Below are positions 22,391 through 31,150 of a stretch of DNA of 41,013 nt, in pieces; position 1 is the first letter of the stretch, and each line of letters opens with the position of its first letter. The stretch is from Gaiellales bacterium (lineage in GTDB: Bacteria > Actinomycetota > Thermoleophilia > Gaiellales > Gaiellaceae). The notes under the pieces were generated by a model, which saw only the letters and a list, made by a program, of their open reading frames with translations, was not told the origin of the DNA and searched no databases. The DNA lies in assembly GCA_038216845.1 (NCBI GenBank), contig JBBQPW010000001.1:1-41013 (forward strand), in the 5' to 3' direction. The translations under genes and the position numbers were made by a program.

Positions 22391-23220
22391 CTGCAGGAAT
22401 CCAGAACATCCTCGACCCGCTCGAGAACATCCTCCGACACGTTCTCGTCTGGCTTCACGAAACGGCCGGTTTCTCGTGGGCGTGGTCGATCGTCGCGTTG
22501 ACGGTGATCGTCCGGATCTTGCTTGTGCCGCTGATGGTGCGCCAGATCCACTCGATGCAGGGCCTACAGGTACACGCGCCCGAGATGAAGGCCCTCCAGC
22601 AGAAGTGGAAGCACGATAAGCAACGCCAGAACGAAGAGCTGATGAAGTTCTACAAGGAGAACAAGATCAACCCCGCCGCGTCGTGCCTCCCGATCGTGGC
22701 ACAGTTCCCTGTCTTCATCTCCCTGTACCTCGTGCTGAAGCACTTCACGAGCACAGGGGGCGTGCTCGACACCTACGGCGGCTCGACCGACTGGCTGCAC
22801 CTGGTGAGCATCACCAACCACGTGAACGTCGGGTGGGGACCGCTGTTACTCGTGATCTACGTCGCGAGCCAGCTGTCGTCGTCCTGGTTCATGTCCACCA
22901 CCATGCAGGGGGCGCAGCGGTGGATGATGATGATCCTGCCCGTCGCGTTCGTGCCGTTCCTCATCCGCTTCCCGACGGGCCTGATGATCTACTGGCTGAC
23001 GACGAACCTCTGGACGACAGGCCAGGGTGTGATCACCCGCCGGTTGGTTCCGAAACCTGCACCGCCGGCGAAGCGGAGCTCCCGCACGCCACCTGCAGAC
23101 GAGCCCGTGCCCGTAGCTCCAAGCACCTCGGTGAAGCCCAAGGCACCTAGCAACGGGGGCAGGCCGGTCGCCGGGCCCCCACGTCGCGTGAAACGCAAGC
23201 GGAGCGGCGGTAAGCGGTGA
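22387..23220 (+). CDS. yidC: Membrane protein insertase YidC (short form, basic C-tail)
   Basis: WSIVALTVIVRILLVPL, FYKENKINPAASCLP, GLMIYWLTTN. Confidence 0.96.
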   Translation: MTAGIQNILDPLENILRHVLVWLHETAGFSWAWSIVALTVIVRILLVPLMVRQIHSMQGLQVHAPEMKALQQKWKHDKQRQNEELMKFYKENKINPAASCLPIVAQFPVFISLYLVLKHFTSTGGVLDTYGGSTDWLHLVSITNHVNVGWGPLLLVIYVASQLSSSWFMSTTMQGAQRWMMMILPVAFVPFLIRFPTGLMIYWLTTNLWTTGQGVITRRLVPKPAPPAKRSSRTPPADEPVPVAPSTSVKPKAPSNGGRPVAGPPRRVKRKRSGGKR

Positions 23221-23912
23221 ACGATGTCGTCGTCGAGGGGACAGGCGAGACGCTCGGCGAGGCGAAGTGGGCTGCGCTACGGGATCTCGAGCGACTCGTG
23301 CCCGGGCTCGACCGCGACTCGGTGCGCTTCGAAGTCGTGACCGAGGGTGAGCGTGGGTTGCTCGGCGTCGGCTACACGCCCGCCAGGGTCATCGCGGCAG
23401 CAGATGCGCCCGCCGCCCGCGCGGTTCGGCCATCCGCCGAGATGTCCGAAGACCTCGACGACGACGAGTTGGCCGTGCGTGAACTGCTCGAACGGGTCGC
23501 GGCCGCTGTCTCCGCGACCTGCACGGTGACGATCACCTCGAAGGATGATCAGCTTATGGCGACGCTCGGTGGAGCCGACCTCGGCCTGCTCATCGGCCGT
23601 CACGGCCAGACGATCGATGCGCTGCAGTACCTCGCGAACGCGCTCGCGCATCGCCGGGGCTCGGAGAGACGCGTCGTGGTGGACGCGGCCGGGTACAGGG
23701 ATCGCCGCGAAACGGCGCTTCACACCATGGCGCAGCGCACCGCCGAGCGTGCAACGGCGACCGGCTCGGCCGTCGCGCTCGAGCCGATGACGGCAGTCGA
23801 GCGCAAGGTCGTCCACGAGTTCCTCAAGGAGGATCCCGAGGTCGAGACGACGAGCGAAGGCAGTGAGCCGAACCGCTACGTCATCGTGCTGCCGCGCCGC
23901 CCGGTTGACTGA
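23217..23912 (+). CDS. jag: Jag/KhpB/EloR RNA-binding protein (Jag_N, KH, R3H)
   Basis: GETLGEA..GLLGVG, LIGRHGQTIDALQYL, LEPMTAVERKVVH, SEGSEPNRYV. Confidence 0.94.
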   Translation: MNDVVVEGTGETLGEAKWAALRDLERLVPGLDRDSVRFEVVTEGERGLLGVGYTPARVIAAADAPAARAVRPSAEMSEDLDDDELAVRELLERVAAAVSATCTVTITSKDDQLMATLGGADLGLLIGRHGQTIDALQYLANALAHRRGSERRVVVDAAGYRDRRETALHTMAQRTAERATATGSAVALEPMTAVERKVVHEFLKEDPEVETTSEGSEPNRYVIVLPRRPVD

Positions 23913-24504
23913 TTCACCCGTCGATCTGCTCGACCGCTGGCTCACTTCGGTGGTCGCAACGCCGGGTCTGACGGCCATCCGAGATGTCAACGAAGCTCGC
24001 CGAGCGTTGCTGGATGACGCATTGCGCGGATTGGAGCTGGTCGCAGGACTCCAAGGCCCGATCGTCGACGTTGGATCCGGCGGCGGCACACCGGGGATCC
24101 CGTTGGCCGCGTCTCTCGCGGATCGACGCGTCGCGCTTCTCGAAGCCGAGCGCCGCAAGTGCGAGTTCCTCGAGCAGTGGAAGTTCTCACTCCCGAATCT
24201 CGAGGTCATCTGGGGTCGTGCGGAGGAACAGCCGCTCGAGACGTACGGTGTTGCGGTAGCAAAGGCGCTCGCGGTGCCGCATGTTGCCGCCGAATGGTGT
24301 CTGCCGCTCGTCGCGGAGGGTGGGGCGGTCGTCCTCTGGGTAGGCCCGACAGCGGATGCTGACCGCGTCGAAATGACCGCTGCTCGCATCGGCGGGAAGT
24401 TGGTCGACTCACCCAGTGGGTTCTTCGTGCTCCGCAAGATCGGCCCAACACGGACCGGCTTCCCTCGCCGGCCCGGAGTGGCGAAGAAACGTCCGCTGGC
24501 TTGA
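23905..24504 (+). CDS. rsmG: 16S rRNA m7G527 methyltransferase
   Basis: DVGSGGGTPGIPLA, LLEAERRK, GRAEE, FPRRPGVAKKRPL. TTG overlaps the jag end. Confidence 0.93.
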   Translation: MTDSPVDLLDRWLTSVVATPGLTAIRDVNEARRALLDDALRGLELVAGLQGPIVDVGSGGGTPGIPLAASLADRRVALLEAERRKCEFLEQWKFSLPNLEVIWGRAEEQPLETYGVAVAKALAVPHVAAEWCLPLVAEGGAVVLWVGPTADADRVEMTAARIGGKLVDSPSGFFVLRKIGPTRTGFPRRPGVAKKRPLA

Positions 24505-24550
24505 TTTGTAGGTTGTGCACGCTCCGACCCCCTCTCTACACTCGATGCAA

Positions 24551-25309
24551 ATGCCGGCTCGGATCTACGCTCTTGCCAACCAGAAGGGCGGCGTCGGGAA
24601 GACCACGACGGCCGTCAACCTCGCGGCGTGTCTGGCTGAGGCCGGCGAGCGGTGTCTGCTCGTCGATCTCGATCCACAGGCAAACGCGACGTCCGGGCTC
24701 GGTCAGCGCGCGAACGGCGTATCGACGCACGATCTGCTCGACGGGATTCCCCTTAGCGATCTTGCGAAGCCGACGTGCTTTGCAAACCTCGATCTCGTAC
24801 CGGCGAAGCCGGAGCTGGCCGCCGACGCCGTCAACCTCTCGGCATTGGAAGGCGGTGAGCGCTACCTGGCGGACGCTCTTGCGGGCGACGCAGCCGACGC
24901 GTACTCGTTCGTCTTTCTCGACTGCCCGCCCGCATTCGGGCCGCTGACAGTGAACGCGCTCGCCGCGGCGCACCGCGTGATCGTCCCGGTGCAGGCCGAG
25001 TACTACGCGCTCGAAGGTCTTTCGCAGCTGCTCGGCTCGATCAACCTCGTCAAGGCGAGGCTGAACCCGGATCTCGCGGTCGCCGGGATCCTCCTGACGA
25101 TGGTCGACGGCCGCACACGATTGGCCGCGCAGGTCGAGGAGGAGTTGCGCCGCCATTTCGGAGATCTCGTCTTCACCGCGTCAGTGCCCCGCTCGGTCCG
25201 TCTCGCCGAGGCTCCGAGTCATGGTCTCCCCGCGATCGCCTACGACCGTCGCTCGACGGGCGCGCAGGCCTACTGGAAGGTGGCGATGGAGCTTGTCGAC
25301 CGACGCTAG
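24551..25309 (+). CDS. parA: Chromosome partitioning ATPase ParA/Soj
   Basis: ANQKGGVGKTTT, DLDPQAN, DCPP, QAEYYALEG, RLAEAPSHG. Alternative start at 24545. Confidence 0.97.
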   Translation: MPARIYALANQKGGVGKTTTAVNLAACLAEAGERCLLVDLDPQANATSGLGQRANGVSTHDLLDGIPLSDLAKPTCFANLDLVPAKPELAADAVNLSALEGGERYLADALAGDAADAYSFVFLDCPPAFGPLTVNALAAAHRVIVPVQAEYYALEGLSQLLGSINLVKARLNPDLAVAGILLTMVDGRTRLAAQVEEELRRHFGDLVFTASVPRSVRLAEAPSHGLPAIAYDRRSTGAQAYWKVAMELVDRR

Positions 25310-26156
25310 CGTCACACCGCGCCGCGGGCTCGGCCGCGGGCTCGAAGTCCTCATCGGCGGTGCGGGGCAGCCAGAGCTGCTCCATCTTCCGATCGAGTCG
25401 ATCCACCCGAACCCTCGCCAGCCACGCCGCCGTTTCGAGCCTTCTGCGACATCCGGTCTTGCCGCATCGATCCGGCGCCAGGGCGTCTTGCAGCCGATCG
25501 TCGTCCGCCCGCGGCCCGACGGTGGGTATGAGCTGGTTGCCGGGGAGCGTCGCTGGCGCGCCGCACGCGAGGCCGGCATCCCAACGTTGCCCGCGCTGGT
25601 GCGCAACGCCGACGATCGCGACACGTTGCTCCTCGGTCTCGTCGAGAACGTCGCCCGCGAGAACCTGTCCGCGGTCGAAGAGGCCCGTGCGTACGCGTCG
25701 CTGATCGACGAGTTCGAACTCTCGCTCGGCGAGGTGGCCGAGCGCGTCGGGCGCTCGAAGTCGGCCGTGTCCAACCGCGTGCGCCTCCTCGACCTGCCGG
25801 AGCCCGTGCTGTGGATGCTCGCGCGTGGCGAGATCACCGAGGGCCACGCACGAGCGGTCCTGGCCTTGCCGGACGACAGCGACAAGGTTCGTCTCGCGCG
25901 GCGAATCTCGCGCGACGGGATGACTGTGCGAGCGGCCGAGCGCGCGGCGCAGGCAGGCGGCGCACGCAGGCGTCCGCGCACGAGCGGCACCGCGGTCGAT
26001 CCGGCACTTGCCGACCGGGCAAAAACCGCCGCGGAGCGCTTGACCGGGCTCCCGGCACGAGTGCGGAGTGCTCAGCTGGAAGTCGCCTTCGACGGCGACA
26101 CCGGTCTGGCCGAGCTCGTCGAGGCGCTTGAGGGCGCACTCGCCGCGAGTCGCTAG
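25293..26156 (+). CDS. parB: Chromosome partitioning protein ParB/Spo0J
   Basis: RRGLGRGL, PNPRQPR, GVLQPI, AGERRWRA, ENVARENL, HTH GRSKSAVSN, GHARA. Confidence 0.97.
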   Translation: MSTDASVTPRRGLGRGLEVLIGGAGQPELLHLPIESIHPNPRQPRRRFEPSATSGLAASIRRQGVLQPIVVRPRPDGGYELVAGERRWRAAREAGIPTLPALVRNADDRDTLLLGLVENVARENLSAVEEARAYASLIDEFELSLGEVAERVGRSKSAVSNRVRLLDLPEPVLWMLARGEITEGHARAVLALPDDSDKVRLARRISRDGMTVRAAERAAQAGGARRRPRTSGTAVDPALADRAKTAAERLTGLPARVRSAQLEVAFDGDTGLAELVEALEGALAASR

Positions 26157-26169
26157 AATCGGCCGCCGC

Positions 26170-26243
<74 letters not shown>

Positions 26244-26248
26244 TGCTG

Positions 26249-26302
26249 GCCCGCTTCGCCCGCTTCGCTTTCCGCTCGCTCGCGCCGGCCGACTTCGTCG
26301 GC
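26249..26302. repeat. Short tandem repeat (GCCCGCTTC x2) plus GCCGAC-TTC-GTCGGC hairpin downstream of the tRNA
   Basis: Read directly from the sequence. Function unknown (terminator-like or REP-like). Confidence 0.4.
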
Positions 26303-26411
26303 GTAAACCGTCGTCTATCGAGATCGGCCGCGCCCGCCCAGGTTGGTCGCGGCTGCCGGGCGCTCGAAACGACTTGGTCTCGTGCGCTGGATACACTGAT
26401 AGCGAGCCGAC

Positions 26412-26975
26412 ATGCGAGAGATGAGTGTCTACGGCGTGAGTTTCGACCTTATCGGCAAGCAGCCGATCGTCCTTCTCAAGACCGCAGACGGGGACAAGTT
26501 CCTCCCCGTCTGGATCGGCCACCCGGAGGCGGCGTCGATTCTGATGAAGCTGCAGGATCAGGCGCCCCCTCGGCCTCAGACGCACGACCTGCTTGTGGAC
26601 GTGATCACCCAGCTCGACGCCGAGGTCGTTCGCGTGACGGTCACGGAACTGCGCGAGAACACGTTCCACGCGTCGATCACGCTCAAACGGAACGGCGACG
26701 AGATCGAGATCGACTCCCGAACGTCCGACGCGATCGCTCTGGCTATACGGGCCGACGCAAAGATCTTCGCCGCTGACGAGGTCGTCGAGGAGTCGGGGAT
26801 CGAGTTCGACGGCGACGCCGACGAAGCAGAGCTGAGGATCGCCGCGGTTACTCCGCTTGCCGATCTCGACCCGGACGAATTCCGCCGTTTCCTTGACACC
26901 GTGACCCCCGAGGAGTTCGCCCAGGGGCTTGACGAGGATCCCGACGAAAGCGAGCTGGACGAGCCCGAGTCCTAA
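26412..26975 (+). CDS. Bifunctional nuclease family protein (DUF151)
   Basis: FLPVWIGHPEA, RPQTHDLL, IDSRTSDAIALA, FRRFLDTVTPEEF. Confidence 0.92.
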   Translation: MREMSVYGVSFDLIGKQPIVLLKTADGDKFLPVWIGHPEAASILMKLQDQAPPRPQTHDLLVDVITQLDAEVVRVTVTELRENTFHASITLKRNGDEIEIDSRTSDAIALAIRADAKIFAADEVVEESGIEFDGDADEAELRIAAVTPLADLDPDEFRRFLDTVTPEEFAQGLDEDPDESELDEPES

Positions 26976-26978
26976 AGG

Positions 26979-27239
26979 CTAGGCGAGCTCGCTCTTCGTC
27001 AGCGCAAGCAGTTCAGACATCAATCGGTCGAGGCCGCCGGGCGACAGCGGCCCGGCGTTCGCTGCGGCGAGCTCGGTGCGTAGCACGCGCTCCCGGTCGG
27101 GATCGAGTTGATCTGCGCCAATCTCTCGCTTGAGCGCCCAGAGCGCCGCGACGAGACGCAGCCGCTCGTTCACCGCGGCCACGATCGCCTCGTCATTCGC
27201 TGTGATTCGCCCGCGAATCTCGTCGAGCGGTCCGTTCAC
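26979..27239 (-). CDS. AroQ-type monofunctional chorismate mutase
   Basis: LDEIRGRITANDEAIVAAVNER..LK..DPDRE, 86 aa helical. Confidence 0.82.
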   Translation of the reverse strand: MNGPLDEIRGRITANDEAIVAAVNERLRLVAALWALKREIGADQLDPDRERVLRTELAAANAGPLSPGGLDRLMSELLALTKSELA

Positions 27240-27913
27240 CCCCCGCCTCCAACCGTAACGGCAGCCACGAGAGCGACGCCGTTGAAGATCGCATGGGTCA
27301 CCATCGACGGGTAGACGCTAGCGGTGCGGGTGCGCAGCGCGGCGAGAATCGCGCCGAGGATCGCGAGCACAGGAAACGCGATGAGCAAGCCGTGCCAGAC
27401 GCCGAAGGCGAGCCCCACGCCGGCGATCGCGCCCATCGGCCCGACCACAGTGGCGAGGCCCGAGACGCCGAATCCGCGGAACGTCAGCTCCTCGACAAGC
27501 GGCGCGACGATGACGACCACGGCGAAGTTCGCGGCGAACGCACCAGCGTGCCTCGGCTCCCAGCGGTCGGGCACGAGCCCCTGATCCTTGCCGGCGTCCA
27601 ACACCTGGCTGATCGCGAAGCTGATGATCCACACGGACACGAGGGCGATGCCGATCCAGCCGCCCGCCGCCCGCAGAGATCGTGGGCGACGAAGGGCGAA
27701 CACCTCGCGCAGGTCGAGCCCGCGGGCGATGACGAGGACGATGCCGAGGATGACCGCGTACTGGACTGCGCCGCCGACGGCCGTCGAATACTTGTAGAGG
27801 ACGTTGTGAGCCGGCGCACCCTCTGTCGCGTGCCCAACGGCGTTCAGGCCGCCGACGACGACGACCAACGTGGCCCACGCGGCGATTCGCCCCGCGCCGA
27901 TCGCCGGCCTCAT
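27236..27913 (-). CDS. CPBP (CAAX/Abi) family intramembrane metalloprotease
   Basis: APLVEELTFRG, FGVWH, HAIFN. ATG overlaps the upstream stop. Confidence 0.92.
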   Translation of the reverse strand: MRPAIGAGRIAAWATLVVVVGGLNAVGHATEGAPAHNVLYKYSTAVGGAVQYAVILGIVLVIARGLDLREVFALRRPRSLRAAGGWIGIALVSVWIISFAISQVLDAGKDQGLVPDRWEPRHAGAFAANFAVVVIVAPLVEELTFRGFGVSGLATVVGPMGAIAGVGLAFGVWHGLLIAFPVLAILGAILAALRTRTASVYPSMVTHAIFNGVALVAAVTVGGGG

Positions 27914-29007
27914 GCCACCCAGTACCACAACGCCCATTTCACCACGGAGTCGACGCACCACGCCGCAAGCCCGACAGTGACCAAGGCCGCCACAACCCGA
28001 TTCCGGGTCAACGTGGCCAGCGCGAACACGATCGGGAACAGGACCACCCCAAAACGCGCAATCGACCAGAGGGCGTGCGTGTCGGACGGCCACATCAGAG
28101 GCAGCAGGAGGCTGACGGAGGCGTACGTCCCGTACGCGGCCCCGAGCTCGCGCCACACGACTCCTGCCAGGAATACTAGCACTGCGGCAACCGCGACGTC
28201 TTTGGCTGCGTGCTGCCGGACGCCCTCGATGAAGCCGCCGAGCGGCCCATACGGCGAGAGATGCCGGCGCCAGATTCCCGACTGGGCGGTGAGGAATGCG
28301 AGCGGATGGCCAAGCCACGCCCAGAGCACGAGCGGGTAGAGCGAGAAGAGTCCCGGTGCGAGCGCGATCCCCGCCAGCGCGCGCCGCCGCTCGGGTGATC
28401 TCCAGGCGATGATCGCCAGGGCGGGGACGAGAGCGAGTCCCACCGGTCGCGTCAACGCTGCGAGACCCGCGACCGCTCCGGCGGCCCGGAACTCGCCGCG
28501 CTCCGTGAGAAGGAATGCTGCCACGGACAACAACAAGAAGAGCGACTCGCTGTAGACGGCTCCGAAGAAGAGTGTGGTCGGGAAGATCGCGAGGAAAAAT
28601 GTCGCTCGCACTGCGTCGCCTTCTTCGAGCTTCAGCTGGGCGAGGCGGTAGAACAGGACGAAGGCGAACGCTCCAGAGACCAAAGACACGAGGATCCCGG
28701 CAAGAACGTAGTGCCCGCCGAGGAGATGTCCCAATCCGCCGACGGCGAGCGGGTAAAGCGGGAAGAATGCCGGCCGTGCGGAGGGCCAGACGTAGCCGTG
28801 CTGCGCGATCTGCACATACCAGTCGCTGTCCCAGCGTGCCCACACGTCGACGACCGAGCCGAGGTCGTGGATCCTGGGGCGGTCCCAACGGAAGCGCTCG
28901 GGGTTGAGCGACGAGCGGAAGAGGATCAGTGTGCCGGCGGCAAGGATCCAAGCGGTGAGCCGGCTCCACACGAAGAGCTGTAGCGCCGTGCGGTGACCGG
29001 CTCTCAC
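27910..29007 (-). CDS. GT-C mannosyltransferase, PIG-V-like (Mannosyl_trans2)
   Basis: WARWDSDWYVQIAQHGY, AFFPLYP, FPTTLFFGAVYSESLF, LTRPVG, multiple TMs. Confidence 0.85.
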   Translation of the reverse strand: MRAGHRTALQLFVWSRLTAWILAAGTLILFRSSLNPERFRWDRPRIHDLGSVVDVWARWDSDWYVQIAQHGYVWPSARPAFFPLYPLAVGGLGHLLGGHYVLAGILVSLVSGAFAFVLFYRLAQLKLEEGDAVRATFFLAIFPTTLFFGAVYSESLFLLLSVAAFLLTERGEFRAAGAVAGLAALTRPVGLALVPALAIIAWRSPERRRALAGIALAPGLFSLYPLVLWAWLGHPLAFLTAQSGIWRRHLSPYGPLGGFIEGVRQHAAKDVAVAAVLVFLAGVVWRELGAAYGTYASVSLLLPLMWPSDTHALWSIARFGVVLFPIVFALATLTRNRVVAALVTVGLAAWCVDSVVKWALWYWVA

Positions 29008-29056
29008 GGGGTCGAGATCATAGCCCGCACCGCCCGCGTCGATACGATTCCGGCCG

Positions 29057-31150
29057 ATGCGCATCCCCCCGCGCGGTCGGTCGGACGACTCCCTCGAGCT
29101 TCTCGTCGCCCGGCGCCGGCTGCACCGACAGGTGCGACGGAAGCACCGCAGGCCGTTGCTCTTCGTCGCCGTCGCGATCTTCGTGGTCGCCATTGCAGTG
29201 ACGGTCGGCGCCGCGGGCACGTTCTTCGCGGTCGGCGCAGGGTGTGACCTCGCGACGCTCCATCCGGTCACGATCGGCCAGAACTCGTTCGTCTTTGCGT
29301 CGGACGGGTCGGTTCTCGGCGCGATTCCCGCCGAGAGGAACCGCCAGCCGGTGCGCCTCTCTCGCATGAGCCACTGGGTTCCTGCCGCGACCATCGCGAT
29401 CGAAGACCGGCGGTTCTACAGCCATGGGGGCCTCGATGCGACCGGTATAGCACGTGCCGTCTGGACGGACGTCCGCGCCGGCGGCTTCGTCCAGGGCGGC
29501 TCGACGATCACCCAGCAGCTGGTGCGCAATCTCTACATCTCGCGCGAGCGAACTGTGGCGAGAAAGCTGAAGGAGGCGTGCCTGGCGGTGAAGCTCAACC
29601 ACGACTGGTCGAAGCGGCGCATCCTCTCCACCTACCTGAACCAGGTCTACTACGGGAGCCTGGCGTACGGCATCGAGGCGGCTGCGCAGACGTACTACTC
29701 GAAGCCCGCCGGGTCGTTGAACCTGCCCGAGGCTGCCATGCTCGCGGGTCTGATCAAGGCGCCGTCGGCCTACGATCCGTTCGTCGCGCCCGCAACGGCG
29801 TTGATCCGGCGGCGAGAAGTGCTCGACGCCATGCTTGCGGAAGGCCGCATCACGGCGTCGCAGCAGAACTGGGCGACGCGTCGACCGCTAGCGCTTCGTC
29901 CGGGGCGGCTCTATACGACGGTTCGTGAGCCGTACTTCTTCGGTTACGTCCGCGATCAGCTGGTCGAGAAGTACGGCGCGGCGGCCGTCCGTTCTGGCGG
30001 CCTGAAGGTCTACACCACCATCAGTCCGCGCTACCAACGTCTTGCCGAGCACGCCATCAGGAGCACGCTCAACGAGCCCACCGACCCGGCCGCCGCGGTC
30101 GTCTCGATCGATCCGTCCAACGGCGCCATTCGCGCGATGACGGCGGTGATTCCCGGCCAGAGGCACAACCAGTTCAACCTGCTCTCGCAGGCGCGTCGTC
30201 AGCCCGGTTCGACATTCAAGACCTTCGTGCTGACGACGGCAGTCGACAAGGGCATCGACCCGGCCTCCACGTATTACGTCTCGGCTCCTTTCACCTACCG
30301 TCCAACCAAGACGGGGAGCTGCGAGACGGGCGAATGGTGGTGCGTGAAGACGTACGACTCGAGCTACGCGGGCTGGACGTCCATCGAGCGGGCGACGCTC
30401 CGCTCCGACAACACGATCTACGCGCAGCTGACGCTCGACGTGACGCCTGCTGCCGTGGCCGCAACTGCACGACGCATGGGAGTCCGGACGCCGCTCGACG
30501 TTCACGGCGCGTACGTGCCGGCGATGGGCCTCGGCTCGATCGCGGTGTCTCCACTCGACATGGCGTCGGCGTATGCGACCCTTGCCGCGGGCGGCATCTA
30601 CTCGACGCCGCTGGCGATCCGGAAAGTCGTTCTCGCCAACGGACACGAGGACAAGCGGGCTGGGTGGGGCGACCCGGTCAGGAAGCGCGTGCTGTCGGCG
30701 GGGGTCGCTGCGGTGGTGACGAAGATCCTGGCCGAGAATGTGCAGTACGGCACAGGGACACGCGCCGGCTTCGGCCGGCCGGCAGCGGGGAAGACCGGGA
30801 CGACCGACAACAACGCGGACGCGTGGTTCGTCGGGTTCGTGCCGCAGCTCGATACGGCTGTCTGGGTCGGATATCCCGGCGGCGAGATCCCGATGCAGAG
30901 CGTCCACGGCATTGCGGTCTCAGGCGGCAGCTTCCCAGCCGAGATCTGGCGCCAGTTCATGGAGCCCGCGCTGGCAACCGTGCCTGCGGCTGATTTCCGC
31001 GTACCGGCACAGCTGCCGACCTGGAAGCCGTTCCACCGCGGCCCGTATGCGCTGAGCTACGACCCGTACGCACCGGCTATCACCACGACGACGACGACCA
31101 CCACGACCACCACAACCGGCCCGCCGCCTGTCCGCCTCGGACACCAGTGA
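29057..31150 (+). CDS. Class A penicillin-binding protein (PBP1A family)
   Basis: EDRRFYSHGG, GGSTITQQLVRN, RKLKE. Transpeptidase motifs STFK, SDN, KTG. Confidence 0.95.
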   Translation: MRIPPRGRSDDSLELLVARRRLHRQVRRKHRRPLLFVAVAIFVVAIAVTVGAAGTFFAVGAGCDLATLHPVTIGQNSFVFASDGSVLGAIPAERNRQPVRLSRMSHWVPAATIAIEDRRFYSHGGLDATGIARAVWTDVRAGGFVQGGSTITQQLVRNLYISRERTVARKLKEACLAVKLNHDWSKRRILSTYLNQVYYGSLAYGIEAAAQTYYSKPAGSLNLPEAAMLAGLIKAPSAYDPFVAPATALIRRREVLDAMLAEGRITASQQNWATRRPLALRPGRLYTTVREPYFFGYVRDQLVEKYGAAAVRSGGLKVYTTISPRYQRLAEHAIRSTLNEPTDPAAAVVSIDPSNGAIRAMTAVIPGQRHNQFNLLSQARRQPGSTFKTFVLTTAVDKGIDPASTYYVSAPFTYRPTKTGSCETGEWWCVKTYDSSYAGWTSIERATLRSDNTIYAQLTLDVTPAAVAATARRMGVRTPLDVHGAYVPAMGLGSIAVSPLDMASAYATLAAGGIYSTPLAIRKVVLANGHEDKRAGWGDPVRKRVLSAGVAAVVTKILAENVQYGTGTRAGFGRPAAGKTGTTDNNADAWFVGFVPQLDTAVWVGYPGGEIPMQSVHGIAVSGGSFPAEIWRQFMEPALATVPAADFRVPAQLPTWKPFHRGPYALSYDPYAPAITTTTTTTTTTTTGPPPVRLGHQ
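31082..31117 (+). repeat. ACN codon run encoding 12 consecutive Thr at the PBP C-terminus
   Basis: acc acg acg acg acg acc acc acg acc acc aca acc. Confidence 0.9.

Noticed and set aside
23183-23196. Possible parS sites (half-sites such as CGTGAAAC here and CGTGGAACA near 18998)
   Set aside because: No full GTTTCACGTGAAAC-like palindrome found by eye. A PWM scan is needed.
23905-23912. Absence of mnmE/mnmG between jag and rsmG
   Set aside because: Normal for Actinobacteria. Supports the taxonomy but is not novel.
29008-29394. Extended starts for the PIG-V-like ORF, and likewise CPBP to 28969 and fabG to 5587
   Set aside because: They overlap well-supported neighbouring genes. Shorter starts match stop/start coupling or -10 spacing.
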